A stretch of 64,000 nucleotides of DNA from Tubiluchus corallicola (taxonomy: Eukaryota > Animalia > Priapulida): the NCBI GenBank assembly GCA_030141605.1, contig JAQGDQ010000050.1, positions 769,827-833,826 on the forward strand, given 5' to 3'. Position 1 is the first letter of the stretch. The number at the start of each line of letters is the position of its first letter. The position numbers were made by a program, and so were the translations under genes. The notes under the pieces were generated by a model. The model did no database searches, had not been told where the DNA came from, and worked only from the letters and a program-made list of their open reading frames with translations. This document shows positions 39,541-53,616 of the stretch, piece by piece.

Positions 39541-40359
39541 ATGATGACATCACGTCTTGTGGAAACTGTCTCCATCAACTATGATGACTTCAGTGAGAGT
39601 TTCCTGACTTGTGGGACATGCATGTGTCAGTATGACAGTCAAATACATGTGCCAAAACTATTACCATGTTCACATACAGTCTGCAGGTACTGTACTGATT
39701 AAGATTTATATAACAAATGGCTACTAGACATTGATTACAGCACTACATGCAAATTTAATCCCTAGATATAGTACTAGCATGCTGCAGTCATTTCAATGGC
39801 CCTGTTAGTTATATTGTAGTATTAACGTACTGCAGTTTTATTTGAATGCTAGGTGTACTGCAGCCATAACTAAACGGCTTGAAGTCATTGAAAAGGAAAT
39901 GTATATATTATTTCATGAATAAACATTTCCTGAAAAAATTGTACATTTTTGATGAATGCATTTCTTTCAGGTAGATCTCCTAAAGAAATAGCTATTGAAT
40001 AAATTGACTATAAAATGTTTGCATTTATTACATAATAATATGGTTTCACTGTGTTGATGCAGGCCTTGCTGATTCTGTTGTCTGATTCTCAGCATTAATG
40101 AATGGGTCCTTGGGGAGTGGGCGGCAGTTACTGACACAGCTTCCCTTTTGTGAAGTAAATTTTTCCCAACCACTTTGACAAACACTTAATTAAACACCTG
40201 CTGCACCTGACAACACATTATCGTTCTAGTTTATGCCGTGTTCATTGGCTAACGCTTCATCCAAGCAGGTTTGAAATTGATCGCAACTCGCATGCGCAAC
40301 TTTAAAAGCAACATCATCTACCTCTGTCTCTCTTGACCACTGTTACGGTGCTACAAGAA

Positions 40360-40446
<87 letters not shown>

Positions 40447-43400
40447 AGGTTATTCGCGAGAGTGACAGTACATACTTAGCATACATTTTAAAAAAGAAAG
40501 AGATCCTAATTTCAAACCGGCCTGGATGAAACATTAAGCGTTCAGTCACGTATAGTGGAAATCGTCTCTTATTCATTGTTTATTGATATATATGGGTGCA
40601 AGCACAATACAAATTTTTAACAATAGATTGTGCAGAAAATTATTCGCAAGTGTTGGCACAAGCAACAAGATGTTCCACAATTATAACACCAGGAACAGAA
40701 ACTTAATTCAACCCGCAGTTTTACATTCTGTTTTTGCTGAGCCGTTCTTTAAAACACGTAATTTATAGCATTGTTAGTGATATACCAGGGTGTGTTACTG
40801 ACAAGGCCATTACTCATAACTAGCAGGCTTATAAAAAATACTGTAAGCTGCATTGCATTAACAGATGTATGTCAACTTACAAATTTCTACGTATGCAATT
40901 TGTATGGGATGTAGTGTAGCACATTGCCTTGCATTCATAACTAGAAATTCTTTGGGTGTATCTTTTTCCTTGTAGCATTGCATAACACATCGATTATCCA
41001 TTGCCTTTCCATTACCATCCCTCTTTTCCTCCTCCTTTTTAATCTCCAACCCTTTTATCTTTTGTTTCTGCTTTTTTTCGAGGTGTCCTGGGCGAAATGT
41101 GGCGGTATCGCCATTTCAAGGTCTCCTCTGTCTAATTTGTTATTAGTAGTTATTAATTAATCTGCCACATTCTTGTGCATTTTGTTCACACAGACTCCAT
41201 GGTTGTTTATGTTCAGTATGTAATAAATAAACTCGAAACTAAACATTTAAACTCCCATCAACTCACAAAGTAATGTTTTATTACCCAGACTGATATATTA
41301 GCAAAACTAATTATGTACAAGGAATTGCTAATAGCTTTATATTACATGTATACTAATTATTACATCCAATAGGGCTTTTGCACATACATATGTGTTTGGC
41401 ATAATTTTATGCTCATCAGTATTTCCCTGTGCATAAACCTCTGTTTCATACTAGTGACTGACATTTCTTACAGATAACTTTTTCTGATCTGATCTGTATT
41501 ATCTGAGTCTTCTTACAAGTGCTGTTTGCTCGTCTGAGACTACGAGGTTCTACCATGAAAATGAACTTATTATTTACTTATAGGTTGTGCTTGGAGCGTA
41601 TAGCCGAATCACAAACTCGGGACACAGCATCAATACGATGCCCTATCTGTCGAGATGTCATTCAGCTGCCTCGTGGAGGAGTGATGGCTTTTCCACCTAG
41701 TTTTTTAGGTAAATATCGGTGGTTTGGTTTATTTTATGGAAAAACAAACAATACAGAAAATAAAGTAAACAACTAGTGGTGTTTAAAGACCAAGCTTGTA
41801 GCTGATGAGTCAAGTCACTTTCTCACAATGTAACAAAAACCTCATGCATGATTTTGGTTGACTGCCTAAAAGTTTTAATTAGAAATACAGAGTTTTTGCA
41901 AATATAGACCCAATAATGAAGGTGCAAACCCGCAATTAAATTTTGATATCAAACCTGTGACACAAGAAATGTAAAAGAGTTACATTACTGTGTGGATTTG
42001 AGCCGGGAACATTCTGCTTACAACGCGGATGCCTTGGACCACTAAGCCACCATATTCCCCAATGGCCAAGCAGTTCAAAGTAGGGATGCGCTTATTTGTT
42101 GGATCGCAGATATTTTTCGTGGAATATCAGCACAAGTATCCAGTCTGGTAAACTTCAGTTGTAATCACTAAAAGCTTTGGTGCACTTTTAGTACGTCAAA
42201 ATTACTTTGTAATAGTTGTCATTAGGGCTAAGAAGGCTAGGCTTTTTAACTAACCGTTTAAATGTTATTAATTGTGGTCGGTTAACCGTTTAACCGTTTC
42301 CGATGATGTTATACATATAACAAACTGTCTAATACATATGACAAACTAATATGAAGAAATTGCATAACTCTGACGCCATTATATAATCATAGAAATTCAC
42401 TCAACTTAGTATTTATTCAGTACGTGACTAAATTATGAACCTTTTGATGAATGCTTGAAGAAGTTTTTGAACAACAAAATTCAATTAATAAAGAAATACC
42501 TGTGACACAGTTACCCCTTCCGAATCATGGCGTGTTTACTCACACATCGTGGCATCTCCACGTGCACTACCTCCGAATATTAATGCACAACAAAGTTGAA
42601 CAAACAATAAAGCACCTTAGGTTAGTGTTGATACTCGCCTACACATGTTGTTTTCAGTACTGCAATAATTTTGCCAGACGATTATGCACACTAAGAGAAA
42701 ATGCAAGAATGCACAAGTAAGCAGGGCAGTCAAATCTAGCATGCGTCAGCGAGAATGTCCAACATGGCGACATCCTCGTAACATATGCGAGTGAAATTTT
42801 TTTGCAATCTACCATTTAAATGCTTCTTAGGTAACCAGATTAAATGAAACAATGTTGTAAATAGCACAATTTTAAGTAAGCAGGACATTGCTAACTGCAT
42901 ACACCAACTCAGAAAAGATAGAAGGTTTTATTAATACTGATATGTAGAAAACTTGGCTAAGTAATGGTTAAACGTTTACACCAGTTAGCGGTCGGCTAAA
43001 CGTTTAAACGGTTAATTGTCTCAGCCTTAGTTGTCATATTCGGTGAAAATTATATTAAACAAACTGAATATTTCCTATAATGCTTATTAAAATTTATCAG
43101 AAAAAGCTGTAGATAAATAGTGAACACAGCATAATGGTCGACATTTTGCTTTCTGTTTTCTGTATGATAACTCAAGGAATGCGATGCACAGTCGATACAC
43201 AAGTTGTATCAATATGCAATAGTGTGGCAGTGCTGTATTCGCTTATACACAATGAAAACCTATGAGAACTCTAGTAAACAATTGTGCATACTACTGCAGT
43301 TTTGCTTAAATATTTTTTTATTTATTGTACAAAATAGTTTGAATAGCAATTGAAAGAATAAGGGATGCTTTTAAAATACTTAATACTTTACGACATCGAA

Positions 43401-46400
43401 AACCAATAAATAAAAACACAGATTTAGTTGTCAGAACAATTTTGCACATCTCACTAATCACCACTAACTTAGAAAACATTACCGAGTTTGTAATTCATTT
43501 CAATTGGAATTACAAGATAGTTCGGTTCGCCTTCGATCCAGTATTCCATTTTAACTTGATATGTTATTCGAAACTCATTTGGTAGCATGGCCAATCATTC
43601 GATTAGGCTTCAGTTTGGTAGCATGCCCGATCATCGGTTAAGCTTCGGTTTGATGGCGTCTAAGCATAAAAAAATCGGTTCAACTGTTGAAAATATGCCT
43701 TTGGTGCACCCCTAGGCTAAAGTAGCTGCCAGCATTTCCAGTGTTAATCGCTCACACTAGAGTGATTCTGTCTAATTTGAATATTTTTTATTTTGATTAA
43801 TATTGAGCCCAAAGTGCAGTATTTATTGTTACTACATAGGGTACTATATTATTTCATCGAATTTCTGGATTTTTGTCATAACTGCTAGTTTTTTTTAAAA
43901 GGTTTTCGGTTTCAATAACACAGATTGTTTTTTAACTGATATTCATTTTACTGGTCTGAATTTTTTAGTTCAAAAGTGGGAGTAACGTGCATCTTGACTT
44001 CGTGAAATGAACAGGGTTGAATAGAGTGAATAACTGTTTTAGCAAGTTGTGCATGATGGCTAAATGTAATATTGATTTCTTAATTTGTCACAGTTGTAAT
44101 AAGTTTTGTGCACATACATGAATAGTGACTTGTATTTGCAGTTAATCAGTTGATGGACTTAATGGCCAGGCAACGGAGAGATGTCATACCAAAATGCTCT
44201 ATACACTCATCACAAGAGCTTCTTTTCTGTGAGACATGTGATATTGTTTTCTGCACAGCGTGTACAGGCAAGAAATGTTTGAGTATGCTATTGTGTTTGG
44301 TACATTTACTACATTGTACAGGTAAAGGATGTGTGATATACAAGATAATAAGCAGTTCCGCTTAAAAGAACCAACTTCCAAATCCAAATACAGGTGAATA
44401 ACGACACATGACTTCTTACCATTCATTTTTCTACTCAGCAAGAAGATGCACATAGTTCATACAACACAGCTTCTTGCACCAATTTAGTCTGATGCGTTGG
44501 TACGAATATTGTGCTAGTATACAGTCTAATTTTAATTTTACATGTAGGTGGTATACATTGTGGAGGTAATCACGATCACACTGTGATTCCATTCTCTATT
44601 GCAATAAAGCGAATGTCGGAAATTCTGCTGCATAAAGCAAATCGATGCTTAGCGAATCTCACACAAGCGGCAGATAACGTGACTGAAGAAATGCGCAAAC
44701 TGGATTCAAGTGTCGATCACACATTTGAGCTGGTCAACAGGTAAACTGAAGGACAATGTTTCAGCATTGGTTACTCTTTTTTTAAGTGCCTGCATTTTCA
44801 ACAGTTCATTTAAGTGTCACGGAAATTGCGTTTTTCAGTGCGATTTTAAGGTAGTATTGTATTCTTTTGAGTAGGTGCAGCTTTATAATGAAAGATCAGA
44901 TACCATCACTTCTATGTTCTGGCTGTGCTTTTTAGTATATTTGGGCTATGTTTTTCCATACATGTATTTGACAATGGTACTACAAAGAAGGTTATTGTAA
45001 TGAATGTCTGCATTCAAAAGTGCTGTTGCATATTAAAATTTAATTAGCAAATGAAACTTTTTGTCCAGGTCAGGGAATTGGATTCTCAGAAAAAATATTT
45101 TTCTAATTTCATTTCATTATGTAAAAATATGCCTGGTAAGGAGTTTTGTAAGAGACAAATAGTTCTCCTTACTTGTGAAGACGTGAATTCACAAGTTTGG
45201 TGTCTTCACAGAATATCAATAACAACATGAAATTATTGTTGATATTCTGTTAAAGCTAATAAGTAATGTTTAATGAAATATCTCGTCATAGTTCTTGTCA
45301 TACTACGAATTTTAGGATCTTAGTGAGTCACAAAGATGCTGATGAGCATGGCTATCATGTTATCGTACATATAGTAGACTGAGTCGCTTGGTGTCTGCAC
45401 TTGATGAAGAGTAAACTACTTTGCTTTACATCTTAGACCACTATATTGCTTGATCAAGACAAATTCTGAAGCTTCTAATTCAATTCGAATAACTCATTGA
45501 TTGTTTCAATACTAACTGCATTAGATTTAGTTAGTAGCTAGTCTAACTTTTGTAAACTAACATTCAGAAATATTAGAAGGACTGGTGAACATTTAAGGCT
45601 GAGTTAGAACTGCTTCGTAATCGATAGGTGGTATTCTGATTTAAGATGTTGAGTTCTTACCTCAAGGTTCAAATCTAGGCTCGGTTGCTTGTTTAGATTG
45701 CAAATTCTGACAATTGTACGTTTATTCATTTGTTGAAATTAATAACAATCATATGTAATAAACTTGCTTTGTGTTTGGACAGGTCCTTTCAGGATGTCAT
45801 TGGTTTGCTTGAACGAAGGAGACATGAAGTTCTGCAAGAACTTCAGCTCGTTCGTGACGAGAAGAGGAAGGTGTTGCGGGAACAGCTTGATATCATACAA
45901 ACAGAGAAAGAGCAAGTAGAGCGTGAATGTGGTGGATTACATTACCAGGTAATTCACATCCGTATGAATAAGCAAACATTAGAATTACTGTATTTACTTA
46001 TTTTGGTGGTCGTGCTTTATTAAGATCACCTCCGAATAAGTGCCCAAGAAAGCAGAATGAAAGAAATTCTAAGCCTGTATGTTTGAATAACTGCCCAGTG
46101 CCCAGGCGCAGATCAACATATTAAAAATCTGTTTTACTGCTTGATAAAGATTTGCTTTGTTGTGTTTATTAAATTTATGGAACGTTGATATTTGAAGTTT
46201 TTTTACAGCCTAGAATGCTAGGTGCTGATCTTTCTGTGTAATAGGTCTTTTAACTTTTTAAATTTAGACAACCTGGAACAGTTGCAGTCATTAGACAACA
46301 ACCATTAAATGTCTGAACTTATCGGATTGGCTTGTGCAACGTACAAAACAAATATACCATATGCAACGTAACAAAAATATATTTATATTAATTCAAGAAA

Positions 46401-49400
46401 ATGTTGAAAAATTTTACAACTTTTGCTTTCAGATTGAAGTTCGCAATATCACCAAGAAGATCAGTGATTTGAATGAGAAGTTGGACACTACCAGTACGTT
46501 AATTGAACCACGTGAGAATGCATTTATACGTTATGATTTCAAACACAACAATGCTGTTCACAACATAGACGTAGCCCTGAGGGACTTTGGCAGAATCCGT
46601 GTGTCAAAAACGTTCCCTGCTCTGTGCATAGTGAAGCACGATAGTTTGACGGTTACGCACTTGGAGTGGATTGTCAAAATACGCACAGTAGATTACCACG
46701 GTGATGTGCAGACCAGTGGTGGTGATCCTATTTATGTTGACTTTAGAAATGAAACTGGTGATAGAGTGGAGACTAAAGTGAAAGACAATAATGATGGCAC
46801 ATATACCGTGAAGTATATGCCACATCTAGAGGGCCAGTATAAGCTGTACGTCAGCATATTTGATCGTCCAGTAAAGGGTAGCCCCTTTTGCGTTGACGTG
46901 ACAGAGCACAATAATCCGGTTGCACGGTATGGTTCCCGCGGGTCTGGTGAGCAAGGTTTTATTCAGCCGGTAGGAGTCGCTATATTACCAAGTGGAAATG
47001 TCTGTATAGCAGATACTGGAAATAGTCGTATAAAGGTAAGTCTAATGGTTTGATATGCTAGTGAACTTTCTTATTATTTTCTGCCATTTTTATGTCTTAT
47101 GCAATTACAGTTTCGTTAGTCTAACCAGTAAAATGAGTGCTTTGTTATTACAATAGCCTCATATGTGAATAGTCTGCTTTTTGGTTTAATTTCTTGCATT
47201 GCCCACTTATCCTCTTTATTTCCTATACACATCTGCAACGACAACAATGTTGTGAAAAACAAAAATTATTTAATCACTGTTATAAATGTGAGAATAATAA
47301 TAATAAATTTACTAAATCAAAGTAACAGTTTTATCGAATCTTCTGATAGTGCTCAGGCGGGAATAGACACGCACGAAAATAACTGTAATTTAATCCTTAC
47401 TACACATTTTGTATATGAATATTGAAATAACATCTTGTTATATTGAAATAACAAAGCATCCTCCTTATAGTCTGGCAGCTGGTGGGGTGAACCTTGCATT
47501 TTAGGGGTAATTTTTTTTATTGATTTTCTCATATTCTCTTTGTCCCTTTTAAGAATATTAAGGGTGGGCTTCTGTCATCCTTGAGCAATTTGAGATATTG
47601 GATGAAACGTGTTACATTGGAGAAGTACAAGCTATAACAAACCTAAACTGTCATGATCATATAAATAAAAACAGTAAATTTAATATTTTAATCATGAAGG
47701 ACATTAAAACAAATAAAAAATGATTAAATTTTTTAGATTAGAACAATGTGCATTAACATTGTGTCCTGCACTTTTGAATAAGTCAATGTCATATATTTTC
47801 CTCAAGTCCCTTCTGTACAGACTTCCTCATCGATACCATCGTACGGACTTTATTTGGTTGTCTATAGAAACTTGTGACCATTTGTTTTCAAAATTTTCTT
47901 GTAGTTACAGTACCTGTTGTTACTGAATTGACTACATGAGTTATGAATCGTACAAGCTTCTGGTTTTGTTCTAGACGCTCAATAGATGGCACTGCGTCCC
48001 CGTTTTTTTACCTGTGAAACCAGTTTACCTGTTACCTCTTACCTGTTGGCCTAGATAAATAGAGTCAAGTGGGCCTGACCACTAAGCATGAAGTTTTTTC
48101 TTGTTTGTAGATTTCTTGTTGTAGATTATGCATTATTTTTTGTCATGTTGTTCTGTTATGGAAACTTATGATGATGGCAAAGATGTACGTATTATTTAGT
48201 TTAGAATTATGCTGAATTAATTAGTCTGTTTAAAGTCAGTTTAGAATATATAAAGAATTCTGATATTCGTCTATATGACAGTGCCATTCTTTATTGATTT
48301 GCAAACTTTCTAAAATTTTGTAATTTAATCTCACAGATTAAACAGAGTCATTTATGAAGTCAGTATTGGACATTGAATTTCATTTAGCGTATGTCACGCA
48401 CACATTTGCAACATTAACTATAATTATTCTGAGGATGTCTCTGTGGCGCTAAAAGATTGATTCAAACTTCTAGTTTTTTGCATAATTCTTTCTTGCTTAT
48501 ATTATTTGCGATTATTCTGGGCTTGGCTTCTTTCTTATATGTGCCCTTTCGTATATATATCATCGTGTCTGATACCTGAAATGTTCTTCTTCAAAAAAAA
48601 ATACGATGACTCAGTTTCTATGTTTTTATTTTTTCTGGTTTCAGTGTGATGCCAATCACTTTTGATTACCTGTGGCCATCCTCATAAATGTTGTCTCAAA
48701 ATATGTGTCATTCCAAATGCCTTTTTAATTACAGTTGTATGTCTTATAACACGATTGCCTTTCACAAATGTGAAAATACATCACGAGGAAGGCACTCCGT
48801 GGCTCCGAGATAAGACAAGCCATACTTGGCCTGTATAACTAGCAATGAAAAAGTAAATTCCCTGACAAAAAGTAAATGCCAAAGTCAGTTACTTACCTTT
48901 TGTTTGATCTTATGCAAACATCATCATAATGAATTTTAGTTTTATTAAATTATCACTCACATTTCTGTGATGGCACGATTTGCACTTGCTATGTTGTCAA
49001 ATATAGCTCCACAGATTTGGATCCTTGTATGCCATAGGTGTCTAGCTAAAATACAAAAGCAGGTCAGCTGTAACACAGTTTTAATTATTACACTTTTTCT
49101 GATAATTGTGAGAGAATTTCTAACTTTTGTTAAACTAAGTTAGTTATAATTTTATGAAGTCACAACTCAACTAAGCACAGCAATATAATATAGTACAGCA
49201 AAATACAAGCACTTAAAAATATTTATAGTTAAAATTTGACACAACTTTATTAAAAAAGTTTTAAAAAAGTTGTGTTGTTTTTTAACTATAAATATATTAT
49301 GTTATCACAAAACTAATAATTATGCAATTAATGCTTCATGCAGGTGTTGTAGCCCAATTTTAGAATTCTCCACGTCAAAATTTGGGTATCAATGTTAATT

Positions 49401-50675
49401 CTATGTCAGTGGGAGTTTCATTTGCCTTGTCACAATAGTTTTAGTGTGTAATTCTTTCAATGTAACACATTTAGTCCAATGTATCAGAATGCTCAAGGGT
49501 GACAAGGCGCCACCCTTAATATTCTTGAAAGACACTAACGGAACATGAGAAAACTGCTGAGAAAAAACTTACTCCGAAAATGCAAGGTTCAGCCAAAAAA
49601 TGGCTTTGGGCTGCCGTACTACTACTACTATTGACCAATGCTAAAAAGCGAATTAATCATATGTTATTGATGATATTTGTAGTGACACTGTATATTAAGT
49701 AGAAGGTCAGTGAAAGAAAGTTCTCAACTGAGTGTTATTCAGTTTACTTCAAGGTCATAATACACAAAAATGCTTGAATGCCAGGAAAAAATCAAGTGGA
49801 TATAAACATTAAACCTTGTAAATATACATAAAAATGGTAGGTACTAATTTTCTACAATGTTTGTCTACTATTTTTTATGCAAAAATTGTTTGCAGTGTGT
49901 TTATTTGTTAGTAAAGAATTGGAAATTTTCTGTGTTTGTTTTCATAGCAATTTATGTGCTTTATTATCCTTAGTCAAAATATTATTTTTTTCAGGTCTTA
50001 ACAAATGAAATGCAATATATCTCTCACTTGTCACCTGATGGCCTTGGACAGCAGAGTGCAACAGGAATTGCTGTTACACCCACCGGAACACTAGTATCCA
50101 TAAATTGGCGCAGTAAACATGTGTCTGAATTTAATCAAACAGGGCAGCAGCTTTCAACATTCACAAGCCCTGAATTCATAGAGCCAGTCACTGTTGCTGT
50201 GAACAGTCGTGGAGAGATCATAATTGGTGATTCTGGTGCACACAAAGTTTTTATTTTCGACGCATCTGGAAAACTACTGCGGCGGATTGGCTCAGTGAAA
50301 GGGGATAGTGCGGGACAATTTAATCTCATAACATCAGTCGCTGTCGGTCATAATGACGACATGGTTGTTGCTGATTCTCGATTGCAAGTTTTCAGCCGGT
50401 CTGGAAAATTCTTGAGGGAAATTTATGCTGAAGGAAAAGGTAAAGGTCAATATGGTGGTATAGCTATAGATAAAGACAATCGTGTACTTGTGACCAGAAC
50501 AGAAAAAGGTCGCAGTTACATACAGCTGTTCACCTACAATGGAAAGCCTTTGTTCCAGGTCGACAGCCATGATGCAAAACTGAAACGGCCAGCTGGACTG
50601 GCTGTTACTAGTAATTACCACTTGTTTGTTGTGGATCTAGGGAATGATTGTGTAAAAAAGTACAGGTATAAGTAA
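39541..50675 (+). CDS. TRIM-NHL E3 ubiquitin ligase (TRIM2/TRIM3-like; RING, B-box, coiled coil, filamin, NHL repeats), core 679 aa from ATG 39541
   Basis: Exons 39526(ATG 39541)-39686, 41584-41708, 44142-44267 (GC donor), 44548-44740, 45783-45948, 46433-47035, 49995-50675; 2040 nt from ATG, phases consistent. RING CGTC...LPCSHTVCRLC...CPIC; B-box CSIH...FCETC...CTAC...H...H; filamin DNNDGTYTVKY...VKGSPF; NHL repeats (GSRGSGEQGFIQPVGVA, IADTGNSRI, LKRPAGLAV, VVDLGNDCVKKY). Confidence 0.93.
40360..40444. repeat. Compound (CT)n(CA)n microsatellite
   Basis: Directly visible. Confidence 0.97.
41930..42051 (-). mobile_element. tRNA-derived SINE-like fragment (same family as 8150-8291)
   Basis: Minus strand GGTGGCTTAGTGG (A box) ... 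GGCTCAAATCC (B-box-like). The adjacent GAAATGTA.AA.AGTT and TGA.A.CAAAC blocks are shared with the ALG3 intron copy. Confidence 0.55.
42081..43714. mobile_element. Older hAT-like element (outer), interrupted by 42223-43029
   Basis: Termini TAGGGATGCGC ... GTGCACCCCTA; flanks only partly match (GTTCAAAG / GGCTAAAG); right part homologous to 7100-7800. Confidence 0.5.
42223..43029. mobile_element. hAT (Ac-like) MITE, 807 bp
   Basis: TIR TAGGGCTAAGA ... TCTCAGCCTTA; perfect 8-bp TSD GTTGTCAT (42215-42222 / 43030-43037); AACCGTTT/GGTTAA subterminal repeats. Confidence 0.85.
47485..49594. repeat. Inverted repeat pair (~155-bp arms) bracketing ~1.8 kb in the last TRIM intron; possible long-TIR element
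   Basis: TGAACCTTGCATTTT..., AAGAATATTAAGGGTGG and TGTTACATTG (47485-47640) are mirrored by CAATGTAACA, CCACCCTTAATATTCTT and AAAATGCAAGGTTCA (49438-49594). No TSD seen. Confidence 0.75.
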
Positions 50676-53616
50676 TAGTGTCATCCTCACACTCAGTTAA
50701 CATCCATTTGATGTGTAGCTGTGCATTTTATACAATGTGAATAAGTCTCGCTTAAACTGTGATCACGTTGTTTCATAATATCCCAAAGAATCATATACTA
50801 ATGTTTGTAACTAAGCAAATAAGTACTGAATAATGCTAGTCCCTTGTTTTTTGCTGTGCTGTAAAGTTTGCATACTGTGGCATGCTGTTGTGCATACTGT
50901 GGCATGCTTGATACCGTGACCGAAAATTTGCTTTTCAGTGCAATCAATTTATATGAAAGGATAACCTTTATTATAATATCGCGTGATAAATGGCACTTGT
51001 AGCTTGTAATCATGCACTGATGCATGAGTTTCTTTATTTTTTGGTATTCATTAAACTTGCAGTCTTGCTTTTAACTCTGTGTCTTTGACTTAGTGCCAGT
51101 TTATTAGAGGTGGGCTGATACCATGAAATAGGGAGTCAGCACTGTTAGTAAGATTTGAAAGTGAGGCCTTTTGTGAGAACAAGAACCAATACTAATACTT
51201 GTATTGTACTTCATAATTAGCTGTTACATCTTTTCTGCACCTAACATTGTTTATCTTAAATGAGCTTTCATTGTCCATTGTAGAAAACTCTCGCAGTTTT
51301 TCAGTTAACTGACTAGATTATTCATTTTGCTTCTTCAAATTTATTGTTTTCGTCAGGGCACCTACTTAATTACCTGCTACAAAGTTTTAATTATTTTTAA
51401 GCGAAAAGTTGATGCTCCCGGGAAGCCGAGTTTATTTTTGTATGCGGCAAAAATATATTAGCAATAAAAATGATACGCAACTGTGCAATTGGTAAAATGA
51501 CGTTAAAGTCGTTATCATTTTGAATGAACAATGGCATGGTGCGGGCATTAGTCAATGTAGTAAGAAAATGGATTTAAAATTGCTTATAAATAGTTTATTA
51601 ATGAGGCTGTTTTCATGCATTTGTTATGTGATTTTTTCAATATTTTAGTATACAGTAGGTATATTAAAATGCGCTTAAGGTTTTTTGATCTTTGGCTTTT
51701 CTTTTAATAATTTTGTATCACTTAATACTTTAATAATGATCATTGTAACTTTTGCCACAGTAAGCCAAGTTTTCCAACCACATTTCCAATATGATGCTAT
51801 GGAAATCTACAGCTTAGTTTGTGCATCATAAATAAAAAAACAGCCAAACAGTAATAGCACACTCCATCATTGCATTTCATTTATCTATTTGCTTAACTTT
51901 GCTGTAGAAAACAACAAGAAAAAATGCTAAAGAAATGCTTAGACACAACATTTATCTACTAGTTTTATAAGAAAACTAACAAACTGTTCCAGCATTTGAC
52001 ATTTTTAATTATCTGGCAACAGAATTAAAAAATAAGAAAAGTCCAGTGATAGTATCCATACAAAAATAAGCATATTTGTGCAGAACCTAGAATGCGCCAT
52101 GTCCTAGGTAACTGAAATTGTAATATGAAGTAACTATATCGGCCCACCTCTTACCATGTATAGTTGTCTGCTAGTCGTATTATTATTCACTTTTTAATAC
52201 TGGTGTTTATTTGGCTAGCTGGCTAGCTGTTACATTGTGTGTTATTTGTGCTAAGCACTTTGATTTTGTTTATTGTATTTTTATCCAGCTCACTAATTTA
52301 AATGCTAAACACTTTACTTTAGGATCAATAGGATAAAAATGCGTACATTATTTTACTGCAATGATAAAGGAATATCAGTGTTAAAACATCACTATGCATC
52401 ACTATTTGTCAGGTAGTCATACATATTATCAAAAAACATACTCAGTTAAATGTTAATGTCTTCTGTTTTTGAGTTTTAATAGCATGTTTATCATAAGTAC
52501 TATTATTATCTGAAGTATTACGAGAAAGGTGGTGATTTGTACTGCACATATTATTTTAGAAATAGCACAGTTTTGATGTAACTAGTGCCATAAGGAAATA
52601 GTTAAGTTTTACATTGTTAAAGCTCCAAAATTTTAACATCTTTGTGCATGATTGCATTTGTCATGGTGCTATACATTTATATTCGAACTTATTCAGTAGG
52701 GTTTATGCCATACCATAACATAACAGTAAAAATTGCATTATAAAGTAATTTTTGATGCAGAATGTTCAGTTTAATCACACCTTTTATTTTAATGCATAAA
52801 TCAGTTCTAGTAAAGCTGCTGTAATCTAGTTGGATTTGTTCAATGTACAGACTTTCTTAATCTCATAGATTTGAACACTAGTACTGCTTGATAATTCGGT
52901 AACACATCTGTAATTTAAAGACTGATTTTAAAAGTCTGTATGAAATGGCATACTACACATCACTGTAGAGAGTTTAAGACGGCCTATCACTGTCTAACCA
53001 TATTGTTCTGCTGAAATTGGAGTAACTTCCCATTAATTCTTTTTGGCTTGATTTGTTTTTAAAACACCAAGTGACTCCACTTATCCGAAGTTTTCGGTTT
53101 TAAGGGTTTGGCATTATAAATGGAAGTTTTGAGAAAACAATTTCATTAGTCAAATCATTATTACTTGGGGGATTACCGGTATAGAAAATAGAAACCAAGA
53201 CAAAGTAATACTGCAATGACTTACGCAGCAAATAAATTACTTGTAGAATTACATAGAATACATGTTAAGTAAAATGACAAGTATTTTAATTGCCCGTAAA
53301 ACCAAAGATAGTGAACTTGTTTCAATGCTAATTCAGTTATAAGTTTTTGTAAGGTCTTGTATGCAGTTTACCATCTCTTTAATTTGCAGCAATTATCAAA
53401 AAAATATTCCATTGTCAGTAAATTGTAAGAATGTTATTAATAATACTGTTTAACTTGTAGTATTCTGTATTTCTTATTTTCTGTGGTTTAAGTTCTAGTA
53501 ATAATAATTAATATTCCATAAAATATATTTATTTTATTTAAATTATTATCAATAATTTCTAACAATTATATAGTTTAGTAAAACACTATAGATACAAAAT
53601 AATTTCACTGAACCAT

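Noticed and set aside
50135-50621. Antisense ORFs over TRIM exons (also 46604-46825) and the plus-strand ORF over MAIP1 (53630-53890)
   Set aside because: Shadow ORFs of real coding sequence.
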